Of a DNA stretch of 64,000 bases, positions 48,600 to 59,233 are shown one piece after another; position 1 is the first letter of the stretch; the number at the start of each line of letters is the position of its first letter. The notes beneath the pieces were generated by a model that saw only the letters and a list, made by a program, of their open reading frames with translations, was not told where the DNA came from and made no database searches. Where the stretch lies: positions 160,001 through 224,000 of the forward strand of contig OZ219801.1 in NCBI GenBank assembly GCA_964291655.2, in the 5' to 3' direction. The position numbers and the translations under genes are program-made. The DNA comes from Chloroflexota bacterium (GTDB lineage: Bacteria > Chloroflexota > UBA11872 > VXOZ01).

Positions 48600-49322
48600 C
48601 TAGTCTTCAAGCGGCACGAGCGAAACGTGCGCCTGCCGCAAGGCGCTAGTCATACGATCCATGGCTGCAGCCACTGTAATGTCAGGCGTGAAAATGGAAG
48701 AACCGGCGACCAGCACGTCAGCGCCTGCCGAGACCGCAGCCACTGCCGATTCTGCATCTATGCCGCCATCTACCTGAAGCCGGACGTCCAGGTCGCTCCG
48801 ATCAATGGCGCTGCGGAGCACACGGACTTTCTCAAGCATTTCTGGCATGAAGGCTTGTCCTCCCCAGCCCGGCTCCACAGTCATTACCAAAGCGAGATCA
48901 AGGTCGGCGAGATATGGCAGGATTGCTTCCACCGGCGTGCCGGGCTTGATTGCCAGCCCGACCCGTTTCCCGGCATTGCGGAACGCTTGGATGGTACCGG
49001 CTACATCCGCGCATGCTTCAACGTGCATCGTGAACAGATCGCCCTCGCTTCCGAGGAACAACTCAAGATGGCGCAACGGCTCCGTGACCATGAGGTGGAT
49101 GTCGAAGAGGCGTGACGAAGCTTGCCGCACGCTTTGGATAACCGCCGGTCCAAAGCTGAGATTCGGTACAAAGTGGGCATCCATGACATCAAAATGGATG
49201 TAGTGTGCGCCGGCGGAGTGGGCCGCTGTCACGTTCTCCGCGAAACGGCCGAAGTCGGCCGCCAGCACAGAAGGCGCTATTCTAACGCAGTGGCGCGACA
49301 TAGGAGGTTGTGCGCGTGTCAT
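48600..49322 (-). CDS. rpe: Ribulose-phosphate 3-epimerase
   Basis: IAPSVLAADF, HFDVMDAHFVPNLSFG, DIHLMV, MTVEPGWGGQ, VDGGI. Confidence 0.95.
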   Translation of the reverse strand: MTRAQPPMSRHCVRIAPSVLAADFGRFAENVTAAHSAGAHYIHFDVMDAHFVPNLSFGPAVIQSVRQASSRLFDIHLMVTEPLRHLELFLGSEGDLFTMHVEACADVAGTIQAFRNAGKRVGLAIKPGTPVEAILPYLADLDLALVMTVEPGWGGQAFMPEMLEKVRVLRSAIDRSDLDVRLQVDGGIDAESAVAAVSAGADVLVAGSSIFTPDITVAAAMDRMTSALRQAHVSLVPLED

Positions 49323-49412
49323 TATGCCTCAGTGTGCAGAGTCCTCAATAGTGAGTCGAGACAATTCGGACGTAACGCGACGGGTGCTGTGTCCGGTAGT
49401 CCTGTCACCCAC

Positions 49413-50696
49413 TTAATTCAGCAATGTTAGCGGGTCTCTGAACCGGTTGAGATACAGCGCCTCAAAGTGCAGATGCGGACCTGAGGAGTATCCTGTGTTA
49501 CCCATCCCCCCTATGACCTCCCCGGCCTTTACAAAGTCGCCAACGGTTACGGCAAAGGTGCTCAAGTGATTGTACGTGGTAACCCAACCGTTGCCATGAT
49601 TGATCACGACCCGATTGCCATACCCAAGCGGGCTCCATCCGGCTCCTACTACCTGCCCGGCGTCCGCAGCGACAATTGCTGTTCCTGTGCGATTCCCGAT
49701 GTCCAGACCTAGGTGGCGAGAATGAAAATACTGCGTAATTGTGCCCTGTGTCGGCCACCGGAATTCACCGAATGCCGCCACCGGTTGCTCACGCTGGGAG
49801 AGTTGCGTTTCCCCGCCGGACTTTCGCAAATCCGCCGGCAGAATTCCGTGTGGGATGATCAATTCCATGCCCGGTACAAGGGTTGTTGAGAGGCCGATTC
49901 TGTTGTATTCCGCAATTGCAACTGGATTGCTCTCGTACGTTTCGGCCAATTCGTGCAGTACATCACCCCTGGAAACGGTGTAGATCACGCCATCAATGGG
50001 CGGAATTCTCAACTTGTCTCCAAGTGAAAGATGGTGGTCGGTGGCAATGTCATTGGCCCAAAGCAAGGTATCCAGGCTAATGCGAAACCGACCGGCAATA
50101 TCAACGAGTGTGTCGTTGCCACGCACCTCGTAGGCGAAAATCTCGTCTCGCGGGCGCAAGACTACCGTAGTTTCCAACAATATGGGACGCTGTATTACGT
50201 CCGGAAACACAGCTTCGACCGAGCTGGCGCGAAAAGTGGGAACTGAACTGTAGTAGTCAATCTCCTCTTCAAGCACGCGTCCCGTTACCTGCTCGGCGGC
50301 GAATGGTGCGGCCCAAAGTGCAACTATCCCAAGAGCCAGCAAGACGATGTGGCCTGCGGCGCGGTGTGCAATGGTGCTCATCCATAGCGGCAAGGCATTG
50401 CTACGCAGGGCAAGCGCCACAAGGCGAGGAATGTGAAAGATAGAATAGCCGCAGAAGACTACCAAGCCGATGAGCTGCAGAATCAAAGAGCGGCGCGGAG
50501 CCCTGAAGGATGCTGTTGCCCTGTGAGCTTCACTCTCACCCGCGTGGGAAACGACATCCTCATCACGCACTGCCTCAAGCGCCATTGCTAGCTTTTCCAA
50601 GGATGTCTCTGGGAGGTGACAATTGCCTGTTGGGCGTTGCGAACATGATGTGGAAACCTCGAAGAATTCAACAATATCCACAACTGAGGCGGCCAT
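49413..50696 (-). CDS. LysM-domain M23 family metallopeptidase; start uncertain
   Basis: Two LysM repeats (YEVRGNDTL, YTVSRGDVL), WPTQG, HLGLD, YNHL, GPHLHFE. Confidence 0.9.
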   Translation of the reverse strand: MAASVVDIVEFFEVSTSCSQRPTGNCHLPETSLEKLAMALEAVRDEDVVSHAGESEAHRATASFRAPRRSLILQLIGLVVFCGYSIFHIPRLVALALRSNALPLWMSTIAHRAAGHIVLLALGIVALWAAPFAAEQVTGRVLEEEIDYYSSVPTFRASSVEAVFPDVIQRPILLETTVVLRPRDEIFAYEVRGNDTLVDIAGRFRISLDTLLWANDIATDHHLSLGDKLRIPPIDGVIYTVSRGDVLHELAETYESNPVAIAEYNRIGLSTTLVPGMELIIPHGILPADLRKSGGETQLSQREQPVAAFGEFRWPTQGTITQYFHSRHLGLDIGNRTGTAIVAADAGQVVGAGWSPLGYGNRVVINHGNGWVTTYNHLSTFAVTVGDFVKAGEVIGGMGNTGYSSGPHLHFEALYLNRFRDPLTLLN

Positions 50697-50980
50697 TTTG
50701 CAAGTTATCAGGTACCCATAGGGATGTCAACAATCAGCAGAGGATCACCACTTTCCCGTGCCACACGAGAGATTCTCGTTTAGTTTTGGAGCAGTCGAGC
50801 CCGTTGGCAACTGAGGCAATTCCTGGCTCTGGGACGCACTGAATGGCCGCACGCTCCGCCTTGAAGTCTTAGTGCATGACGGTACGTCGGCAGTCTTGCC
50901 CAACACATGTTGGCGGGGCATAATGCATAGGCGATATGGGAAACAATCAGGCACACACACCACGATGAGGAGCGATACGC

Positions 50981-51274
50981 ATGGTCGAGCATTTGGTGCT
51001 GTTCAAAGTAAAAGCAGGCGTCAGCGAGGACGCAATTGAAGCAATGCAGGACGCTCTCAGAGGGCTTCAGAGCGCTATTCCGGGCATTTTGGAAATCACT
51101 GTAGGGGCAAACTTCAGCGAGCGCAGCCAGGGGTTCACGCACGGTTTGCTAGTGCGATTCCAAGATCGAGCCGCGCTAGATACCTATATTCCTCATCCCG
51201 CCCATGAAGACGCCAGGAAGAACTACATTCTTCCCATCGTCGAGGACGTGCTCGTCGTGGACTACGAGTGCTAG
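50981..51274 (+). CDS. Dabb family (stress-responsive A/B barrel) protein
   Basis: HLVLFK, IPGI, GFTHGL, YIPHPAH, VVDY. Confidence 0.9.
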   Translation: MVEHLVLFKVKAGVSEDAIEAMQDALRGLQSAIPGILEITVGANFSERSQGFTHGLLVRFQDRAALDTYIPHPAHEDARKNYILPIVEDVLVVDYEC

Positions 51275-51379
51275 GAAGAGCCTCAGGCATCGCTGTGCGC
51301 CGTTTTCAACCGCATTGAGAGACTCTACGCGAATCACCCGCGGGTGGCAGCAGCGTGAGACTTCGCGTCAGAGCAAACG

Positions 51380-52477
51380 CTAACTCTCAGAAGCGACAGG
51401 AGTCGGCCACGCGCCCAACACTCTAACGAGCACACATCCCTTCTCGAGTTCGGCCAGTGCCATTCGTACAGGCTCCTGCGCAGGGTGACCGATGAGGATC
51501 GCAAAGAAGTAATAGTCCCATGTTCGGCGTTGGGATGGCCGGGAGAGAATAAACGTCAGATTTACATCGTGTTTTGCGAACACTCCAAGAGCGTTGAATA
51601 GGGATCCGGGCTGGTCAATGACACTGAATAGTAAGGCGGTGCGGTCATTTTCCGTTGGCGAGGGTAACTGCTTGCCTAAGATGGCAAATCGCGTAACGTT
51701 TTCGGCACGGTCCTGAATGCTGCGCGCTACAATCGAGACGTCCTCTGCCTGCGCCGCGAGTTCACTGGCTATGGCAGCGGCTCCCGGCTCGTTCTTGACC
51801 CTTGAGACTGCTGCGGCAGTGCTCACTACCTCAACAATGTCCGTGTGAGGCAACACTTCAGCCAGCCAACCGCGGCACTGCGCAAGTGCCTGGGGATGCG
51901 AGTACACCACACGGATTGAATCCCGGGGGCTATTCGAAATGAGATTGTGGCCGATAGGCAACACCACCTCACCGCAAATCTGAATAGGGCTATCCAAGTA
52001 CTGTACAAAAGAATCGAGCGTAGGCGTAACACCGCCTTCCGTGGAGTTCTCGAGAGGGACAACACCGTAATCGGTCTCTCCCGTTTCCACAAGCTGAAAG
52101 ACATGATTCACCGTAGCCGCCGCCTGCAGAATGGCGGAGCTGCCAAACGACTGAAGGGACGCCTGATGCGTGAAGGTGTTCTCCGGTCCCAAGTATGCTA
52201 CGCTCGTAGGTCTCTCCAATGCGCGGCATGCGGAGAGGACTTCCCGATAGATGGCGGTAAGCGAAGCGCTCTCTAAGAGGCCGTCTCGCGCGCGGGATGC
52301 GACGTTTTCCAGCACTTGCCGCTCGCGTTCCGGTACATAGATGGGGACTTCATCCCCTTTCTCAACGCCAACACGTATGGCAAGCGCCGCACGGCGTTGG
52401 AGCCGGTCTACGATCTCACGGTCAAGGGCGTCTATCTGCTGACGCAGGTCCGCCATGACGCCGTCCTGCTTACGCAT
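51380..52477 (-). CDS. pheA: Chorismate mutase / prephenate dehydratase
   Basis: LRQQIDALD, YLGPENTFT, VPLENSTEG, SHPQALAQC, NVTRF, ACT domain. Confidence 0.96.
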   Translation of the reverse strand: MRKQDGVMADLRQQIDALDREIVDRLQRRAALAIRVGVEKGDEVPIYVPERERQVLENVASRARDGLLESASLTAIYREVLSACRALERPTSVAYLGPENTFTHQASLQSFGSSAILQAAATVNHVFQLVETGETDYGVVPLENSTEGGVTPTLDSFVQYLDSPIQICGEVVLPIGHNLISNSPRDSIRVVYSHPQALAQCRGWLAEVLPHTDIVEVVSTAAAVSRVKNEPGAAAIASELAAQAEDVSIVARSIQDRAENVTRFAILGKQLPSPTENDRTALLFSVIDQPGSLFNALGVFAKHDVNLTFILSRPSQRRTWDYYFFAILIGHPAQEPVRMALAELEKGCVLVRVLGAWPTPVASES

Positions 52478-52681
52478 TGAGGCTACCTATCGGTTGTAGA
52501 ATGAGCCGTGCCTCCGTTGATTGCGGCCGATGCACGTAACGAAGTATGCGAGAGTACCGCCAAGCTGAATCGATCCGGCTCTTTTCGGGCAGTATTGTAG
52601 CAGGTTCCATAGCTCTGTGCATGCATAGGGCTAGGCGTAAACCCAATGCAGGCCGCCTGGCACGTTCCGCTCTCAGCTACC

Positions 52682-52710
52682 TTGACGACCCGCGCCTTTC
52701 TTCCTAGAAT
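52682..52710 (+). promoter_or_regulatory. Putative sigma70 promoter of the ferredoxin gene
   Basis: TTGACG-17 nt-TAGAAT. Confidence 0.65.
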
Positions 52711-52861
52711 TAAAGCGATGGGGATAGTTGCGTTGGGCGTCAAAATACCTTTGCAATCGCTAGCTTTCGCGTGCGCGCGACTAGGCCAGTGAGGTGAAAT
52801 CGCTCACGGTTGACCGATAGAGACCTGCCAATGGCATGTTTGAAGGAGAGAGATTACCGCA

Positions 52862-53107
52862 ATGACGTACGTGATTGCCGAACCCTGCATCGACATTAAA
52901 GACAACTCGTGTGTAGATGTCTGTCCCGTGGACTGTATCCACTCCGACGACGATTCGGCGCAATTCTTTATTGATCCGGACGAATGTATCGAGTGCGGGG
53001 CATGTGAGCCGGTCTGCCCGGTGACAGCAATCTTCTTCGAAGACGATCTGCCGGACGAGTGGCGAAACTACATTCAGACCAACGCAGACTTCTTTGCCAA
53101 CCAATAG
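52862..53107 (+). CDS. Dicluster (7Fe, FdxA-type) ferredoxin
   Basis: MTYVIAEPC...CVDVCPVDCI...IDPDECIECGACEPVCPV. Confidence 0.95.
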   Translation: MTYVIAEPCIDIKDNSCVDVCPVDCIHSDDDSAQFFIDPDECIECGACEPVCPVTAIFFEDDLPDEWRNYIQTNADFFANQ

Positions 53108-53155
53108 GTAGCACTGTCTTCTGGTTGATCGGCAGCGCTTTCTCGCATTCTCAGC

Positions 53156-54394
53156 TCAGCTTTCCTTGGCCTGCGAATACGCCGCGGCAAACGCTGGCGT
53201 CCCATCGTCGTTCTTGATGTCCATGCGCGAGCCGCGCACGAATCGCGGATCGTGGCCTAGGTCGAATCCCTGCTGCAAGTCGTGCTCATAGCCGGCATAT
53301 GTGCTGATGGCCCCCTCCCCAAAGTCATCCGGCCACTGGATTTGAAAGACCTGGCGCGGCCTGGTGGGATTCTGATCAACCCGGAATCTGGTTACCGCGT
53401 CTTCATCTAGGCTGATGCCGAGGCCGGGGCCTTCAGGCACTCGCATATACCCGCGCTCTACGGCAAACGACTCCGTCAGGAGATCATGCTCCCAAATGTG
53501 GAGACACGTTATCGCCGGCCACTGTGCATGCGGGAGCACCGCGCCGAGGTGGGCCGCCCAGGCTGTCGTCATCCCCAAACCAACGAGCTGCAACCAGAAT
53601 GGCTTGTTGGCAACGGCAGCTAACGTACCTGACTCCTTCACCCCTGCCAGACTCCCGCCAACGACAAAGCCATCGCAAACATCGTCTTGCAGTGCAGTCA
53701 TGATGGGGGGCGTACCGTAGTGCATGGCCAGCGGTCGTGGCACATGCCTGCGAATTTGCCGGTTGCCGGTCACATCGCCCTGTGGAATCGGCGTCTCAAA
53801 AATCGAAACATTCACATAGGCAAGCAGCTCTTGCAAGAGCGGAATGGCCGTGCCCGCATCCACGAGCATGCTGTTATAGTCTATGTCCAGATGCATAGAT
53901 TTCGGAATGACGGTCTCGAGCGCGGCAAGTTGTGCATGGATGTCTCGCCACGGGCGACCTTTGAGCTTCATCGATGCATAGCCTTGATCCAGCGCTTTTT
54001 CCGCTTCGGCCGCCCACTCTTGTGGCGACATGTCCAGGCACCACCAGGAAATGGGGACGCGTGACCGCACTTGCTCCCCGAGCAGCCGGTGGACCGGAAC
54101 GCCGGCAGACTTTCCTACCAAGTCCCAGAGTGCCATCTCGGGGCCGGCGCCAAGCGTCGAATCCCATAGGTGTTGATGCGGATCTGAGCCAATGAGTCGC
54201 TCCTTTAGATCGTCCGGCGGTCTGCCCCAGGTATACTCCACGACCGTCTCACCAATGCCGCTCAGGCCGGAGTCGGTGTGAATGCGACAAAGCTCGACAA
54301 GCCGCCAATCACCACTCAGACGTGTCATGTGTAGATCGTGGTGCTCGTTGAATGGCACTATGAGCAGAGTCTGTTCGACATCTGTAATTGTCAT
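53156..54394 (-). CDS. Mandelate racemase/muconate lactonizing enzyme family (enolase superfamily)
   Basis: TDSGLSGIGE, EMALWDLVGK..GVPVHRLLG, KLK, DIDYN, FETP, PEGPGLGI. Confidence 0.9.
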   Translation of the reverse strand: MTITDVEQTLLIVPFNEHHDLHMTRLSGDWRLVELCRIHTDSGLSGIGETVVEYTWGRPPDDLKERLIGSDPHQHLWDSTLGAGPEMALWDLVGKSAGVPVHRLLGEQVRSRVPISWWCLDMSPQEWAAEAEKALDQGYASMKLKGRPWRDIHAQLAALETVIPKSMHLDIDYNSMLVDAGTAIPLLQELLAYVNVSIFETPIPQGDVTGNRQIRRHVPRPLAMHYGTPPIMTALQDDVCDGFVVGGSLAGVKESGTLAAVANKPFWLQLVGLGMTTAWAAHLGAVLPHAQWPAITCLHIWEHDLLTESFAVERGYMRVPEGPGLGISLDEDAVTRFRVDQNPTRPRQVFQIQWPDDFGEGAISTYAGYEHDLQQGFDLGHDPRFVRGSRMDIKNDDGTPAFAAAYSQAKES

Positions 54395-54527
54395 GGCAGC
54401 GTGCCCTCTCCTTTTTCGTGTGCATACACTCGTGATCACGTAGCTTAAGTGAAACTCAAGATGCGGTCACAGCCGCAGACCTCTAACTCCTCGCTTGCCA
54501 GGACTAGCGCCGGCACCCGCATACGGT

Positions 54528-55052
54528 TCAGCTCTCCGGAGCACCGGAATCTTCCTGGTGGGCATGGCGCTTGGGGAAGTCGAAGTCAAGCAACCTACCA
54601 CAGTTTCTCTCCACCTCTTGCCACGACGACACGGCAAGTTCCAGGCGGACAACTCCGCAGGTAGGGACATCGCCAATGTAATCCTGGCTCAAGAGGCCGC
54701 TAAGCTCGGTAAAACCCGGATTGTGGCCAACCAGCGCCACGTGGTCACGAGAATCATCCAACCCTCGAATGATGCTGAGCAACCTGTCCGACATTGCGTG
54801 ATAGATTTCTTCCTCGAGCGCAATGTGGGACTTCGGGAAACCTATCTCTTTGGCCAAGCGCCTGGCAGTGCTGCGCGCGCGCTTGGCAGGACTGGAGAGG
54901 ATTGCATTGGGCAAGAAGCCGATTGCCGCCAGCCGCTGCCCCATCATGGCGGCGTCCCGTTTGCCTCGGCCGTTGAGAGGTCGCGCAGAGTCCTCCACGC
55001 CATACTGTTTCCAGCTAGACTTCGCATGCCGGATTAGTGTGAGCAGCTTCAT
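54528..55052 (-). CDS. sixA: SixA-like histidine phosphatase
   Basis: LIRHAKSSW, RPLNGRG, SSPAKRA, VGHNP; start ATG 55052. Confidence 0.88.
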   Translation of the reverse strand: MKLLTLIRHAKSSWKQYGVEDSARPLNGRGKRDAAMMGQRLAAIGFLPNAILSSPAKRARSTARRLAKEIGFPKSHIALEEEIYHAMSDRLLSIIRGLDDSRDHVALVGHNPGFTELSGLLSQDYIGDVPTCGVVRLELAVSSWQEVERNCGRLLDFDFPKRHAHQEDSGAPES

Positions 55053-55062
55053 GCGACGCTCC

Positions 55063-55596
55063 CTAGAGCAGCAGGTCGAAAATTCGCTTGCTGTTGTCAT
55101 CCAGTTCACGAAAGTCGGGGATATGGAAGCGATTCCCGTCAATATCAATGATAAGTATCTCATGCTCTGCAGGCAAGAGCACGGAGTCAAGCTCCCAACG
55201 CATGACAAACTCGCGTATGCCGTGATCCGTTTCTACCGTCCAGAACGACGTGCGCCACTCATTGCGATAGGCGCGCACGGAGTGGATGCGGTAGACCCGG
55301 TAGTAGTCATCCAACGCCGCCATGAGAATGTGCCGCGACTCCTCGTCAAGCTCATCCGGATTCTCAATGAGGCAGAATTCCTTATCTTTCGTATCGAGAA
55401 TTGAGACGAAACGCTTGAGCGAAAGTGGAAATGCCCAAACTGCTTTACCCCGCAGGAGGCAGCGCTCCCCGGCAATCTCGACCCTCAACTCGCCTCCCGG
55501 CCCGCGCAAAAGACGAATGTGTGCCGTGTCGGTCGCGCCAGCGCCTATGTCGGCGATGTGTACAAGCTCTTCGCCATTGACTGTCGTGTCTTGCAT
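55063..55596 (-). CDS. DUF1854 domain protein
   Basis: AFPLS, E..I..L, WTVETDHG...F, DIDGNRF.I...LD..S. Confidence 0.8.
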   Translation of the reverse strand: MQDTTVNGEELVHIADIGAGATDTAHIRLLRGPGGELRVEIAGERCLLRGKAVWAFPLSLKRFVSILDTKDKEFCLIENPDELDEESRHILMAALDDYYRVYRIHSVRAYRNEWRTSFWTVETDHGIREFVMRWELDSVLLPAEHEILIIDIDGNRFHIPDFRELDDNSKRIFDLLL

Positions 55597-55755
55597 GGAA
55601 AGCCTCTATTGCCATTTGCCGAAACAGACGGTTTCAATCTTAGTTTGATGATGATTGCCAGTGAGCTCTGCGTTCATGCGCTAGCTAACAAGCTAACGGC
55701 ACTATGGTCCCAAAACTCTACGTCCAAAATTGACTCTGCCCGCGCAATGCAGGCC

Positions 55756-57975
55756 CTAGCGTTCAACCGCCCGCAAACGGGAAACCGTACGCTGCATCTC
55801 AACCAATTTGGAATATATCCCACGCTTCGCCAGGAGTTCATCGTGCGTGCCGATCTCAGCGACAGCACCATCATCCATAACGACGAGCCGGTCCGCATTG
55901 CGCAGTGTGGAAAGCCGGTGCGCTATGGCAAAGGTCGTGCGGCCCTTGATCAAACGACTGATGGCTTGCTGAATGGCGAACTCCGTTTCGGTGTCTACCG
56001 ATGCGGTCGCTTCATCGAGAATGAGAATGCGCGGATCTTTGAGAACCGCGCGCGCGATCGAAACGCGCTGCTTCTCGCCAACCGACAGGCGATTGCCCCG
56101 CTCGCCCACGAGCGTATCGTATCCCTCGGGCTTGGACACTATGAAGTCATGGGCATTCGCCGCCCGAGCGGCGGCAATCACCTCCGGCAAATCAGCCGTT
56201 GGCTTAGAGTAGCGAATATTCTCAAGAATAGTGCCGCTAAAGAGGAACGGCTCCTGAAGCACCACGCCGATCTGGTCCCGCAGGCAGGTCAACTCGATGT
56301 CGCGAATGTCTATGCCGTCGATGAGCACCGCGCCGTGATCGGCCTCGTAGAAGCGGCATACCAGGTGCGCCGTCGTGCTCTTGCCCGCACCCGATTTTCC
56401 CACCAACCCGACCATCTCGCCGGGCTGAACGTGTAGGTCTACTTTCTTGAGCACGGGTTTCGTCTTGTCGTAGCCAAACGTCACCTCGCGAAACTCCACC
56501 TCTCCCCGCAGCGGGTTGGGAGTGAGCTTGCCTGGCTGATCGAAAGGTTCGGTCGGTGTGTCCATGACGTCGAAAATGCGGTCGGCCCCCACCAGTGCCC
56601 GTGACATCCAGTTATAAATGCGGTTGAACCACTGCAAGGGTCCGTAGAGCATCCAAAGATATTGGATGAAAGCGATTAGCGTTCCAAGCGAAAGATCACC
56701 GCCGATCACCGCGCTGCCACCGGCGAACCAAGCAATGAAAACCCCCGCGCCGGTGACAAAATTTAGTATCGCGAAGGAACTATCCCAAAATCGCGCCTCA
56801 TGGACTGTTGCCCTGGCAACCGCTTCGTTGCGGCGCTCGAAGCGGCCAATCTCGGCCTCTTCCTGCGCAAAGGCCTTTGCAACGCGGATGCCGAGGAGCG
56901 ATTCATTTAGCTGGCCATGCAAGAGCGCCCAGTTCTGGGAGACCCGCGACCACAGCACGCGCATGCGCTTCACCAGCGCTGTACCTCCCAGCACGACGAA
57001 CGGCACCGGCAGTAAGACAAAGAGGGTTACCTGCCAACTCATCAAGAGCAGAATGACGAGCACACCCAAGAGCATGACACTATTGACAACCATATAGGGC
57101 GCGCCATCAATGAGAAAGTAGTTCAGACTCTCGGTATCCCGCGTGACAAGTGAAAGCAGGTTTCCCTGCCCTTTGCGATTATGGAATGTCAGCGACATAC
57201 GTTCCAGGACCTGATAGAGTTGCGCGCGCATATTGGCAATTACACGTGTGCTCAGCCACGCGCCAACCCAACTACCGACGACTTCAAGACCGCTGGTTGC
57301 CAGGTTTGCCGCAACTAGCGCTGCTACGAGCCAGGCAAGCAGGGCAAAGTTCTCTCGAGGTACAAGTACGCTGTCAATCAAGTACTGCGTGATAAGCGGA
57401 GGCGTGAGCTGGACTAGCGCGCGGCCCAGGGTAGCAAGAACCAGAATTGCTGCCAAGCCCTTATAGGGCCTCAAATAGCTGGCAATGCGCAGCATTACCG
57501 CCATTTTGCGCACGCAGCGAGGACAGTTGCGTTCCCTGTCCGGCAAGAGTGCCTGGCATTTCTGACAGCGGGCGCGAGGAATGTCCGTCGATACGGCGAA
57601 AGGCTCGTCTTTGGCAAGCTGCTGAATGCCGCGGGCTATCTCGTTGAATTTGGCGCCCAGGGAGCTCGAGTATTCGATGACGGGCGTGAAATACCCGTTC
57701 CGGCTAACTTCAAGGCGACCGCCGCCCACAAGCGGCTCTGCGCGGGCATCCGATATCTCGGCAAGGTCCACGCTCACTGCGCCGTCAATTCCCGGTGACA
57801 AGTGAGGCAATACAACGACACGCTGATTGGTTAGCATCATCCAGCGCACGCCGAAGCGACCATCATGCCGGATGTCCGACATAGCGACAAGGAGCGTCTC
57901 CTCGCCGGGCAAGATCAACTCACTCCACTGGGCCTCGATTTCAGGAGGCAGCGTGTCAAAAACAACCAAACTCAA
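55756..57975 (-). CDS. ABC exporter (TMD + NBD) with N-terminal extension and CxxC..CxxC knuckle
   Basis: CQKC...CPRC, TM helices, GKSGAGKST, LSVGEKQR, ILDEAT, IAHRLST. Confidence 0.93.
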   Translation of the reverse strand: MSLVVFDTLPPEIEAQWSELILPGEETLLVAMSDIRHDGRFGVRWMMLTNQRVVVLPHLSPGIDGAVSVDLAEISDARAEPLVGGGRLEVSRNGYFTPVIEYSSSLGAKFNEIARGIQQLAKDEPFAVSTDIPRARCQKCQALLPDRERNCPRCVRKMAVMLRIASYLRPYKGLAAILVLATLGRALVQLTPPLITQYLIDSVLVPRENFALLAWLVAALVAANLATSGLEVVGSWVGAWLSTRVIANMRAQLYQVLERMSLTFHNRKGQGNLLSLVTRDTESLNYFLIDGAPYMVVNSVMLLGVLVILLLMSWQVTLFVLLPVPFVVLGGTALVKRMRVLWSRVSQNWALLHGQLNESLLGIRVAKAFAQEEAEIGRFERRNEAVARATVHEARFWDSSFAILNFVTGAGVFIAWFAGGSAVIGGDLSLGTLIAFIQYLWMLYGPLQWFNRIYNWMSRALVGADRIFDVMDTPTEPFDQPGKLTPNPLRGEVEFREVTFGYDKTKPVLKKVDLHVQPGEMVGLVGKSGAGKSTTAHLVCRFYEADHGAVLIDGIDIRDIELTCLRDQIGVVLQEPFLFSGTILENIRYSKPTADLPEVIAAARAANAHDFIVSKPEGYDTLVGERGNRLSVGEKQRVSIARAVLKDPRILILDEATASVDTETEFAIQQAISRLIKGRTTFAIAHRLSTLRNADRLVVMDDGAVAEIGTHDELLAKRGIYSKLVEMQRTVSRLRAVER

Positions 57976-58167
57976 ACTCGCTTGATGTATGTACTCAGGT
58001 ACAATCGATCACCGTACGCAGGCAACGATTTCTAACTCTTGAGGATGTTTGCCAAGTGCGGTCAAAGTCAAACTGAGGATTGGCAAAGTAACTCGCTTTC
58101 CGTACCTGCGTTAACGAATGCAAATGGGCATTTCACCCACTATGCCAGACTGTGTCATTTTTCTAAC

Positions 58168-59217
58168 TCAGGAAGACTGGTACTTGCGCACGTTGGCATT
58201 ATGCTCATCGAGCGTGCGACTAAAGACATGGGAGCCGTCACCGACCGCCACAAAGTAGTAGTAGTCAGTTGTTGCGGGAGCCGACACTGCTTGCAGCGAG
58301 GCCAGACCGGGATTGCAAATGGGGCCGGGCGGTAGACCAGCGTTCGCATAGGTGTTGAACGGCGACGCTACTCTCAGATCGTCATAGGTCAGCGCTCGCT
58401 TCCACCACCGCCCTTCTGACTCTTGATAGCCAAGGGCATACTGGACGGTGGGATCTGCCTGCAAGGGCATACCTATACGCAGACGATTATAGAAGACGCT
58501 CGCAATCACAGGGCGTTCGGCTGCAACTTGCGCTTCGCGTTCGACAATAGCAGCCAAGGTAACTGCCTGGTACGTGCTCAGCCCGTTTGCCTGGAAGCCA
58601 TTGTCCACCCCGCCGCCAATCTTGCGAGAAAACTGATCCAAGAGACCCTCGATGAATTGCGTTGTCGTAGTCTCGTTCTCAATTCGATACGTATCGGGAA
58701 AGAGAAAGCCTTCCAGCGTGGACGTTGCCGGGAGATCTGCCAAGAAATCACGCTCGAAATTCGTGCTTGCAGTTAGTGCGAGAAACTCACTTGCGTTGAG
58801 CAGACGCTGCGTTTGCAGGTACGCCGCGATTTCCTCCCGGCGCCAGCCTTCGATGAGAGTCAGTGCCCTGTCCTGTACTTCCGCTCTCTGCAGCGCCTGG
58901 ATAGCTTCGTCAACGCTCATGTTCCGGCGCAACACGTGTTGACCGGCCTGAAAGGACCCGTCCAGGCCGCTTTGGCGTGCACGCATGCGGAACGCCAAAG
59001 CACTACGGATAACTCCCGCATCCCTTAATTGATTTGCGATTTGTTCCGTGGTACTGCCGAGAGGAATTTCTAGGACAACCTCGGTGTTATCTTCGCTCTC
59101 CGGGCCGGCAACGGCGTCGGCAATCCGATCGCCAATCCCGCAGCCTGCAGCCAGCGAGACAGGAGCCGCCGCAATAATCGTGCGAAGTAAAATGCGCCGC
59201 GTTACGTAGTTTCCCAT
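58168..59217 (-). CDS. mltG: Endolytic transglycosylase MltG
   Basis: IEGW, LEGFLFPDTY, AAIVERE, LQADPTV, SPFNTY..GLPPGPICNPG; start probably ATG 59217. Confidence 0.95.
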   Translation of the reverse strand: MGNYVTRRILLRTIIAAAPVSLAAGCGIGDRIADAVAGPESEDNTEVVLEIPLGSTTEQIANQLRDAGVIRSALAFRMRARQSGLDGSFQAGQHVLRRNMSVDEAIQALQRAEVQDRALTLIEGWRREEIAAYLQTQRLLNASEFLALTASTNFERDFLADLPATSTLEGFLFPDTYRIENETTTTQFIEGLLDQFSRKIGGGVDNGFQANGLSTYQAVTLAAIVEREAQVAAERPVIASVFYNRLRIGMPLQADPTVQYALGYQESEGRWWKRALTYDDLRVASPFNTYANAGLPPGPICNPGLASLQAVSAPATTDYYYFVAVGDGSHVFSRTLDEHNANVRKYQSS

Positions 59218-59233
59218 ACAACTATCATACAAG

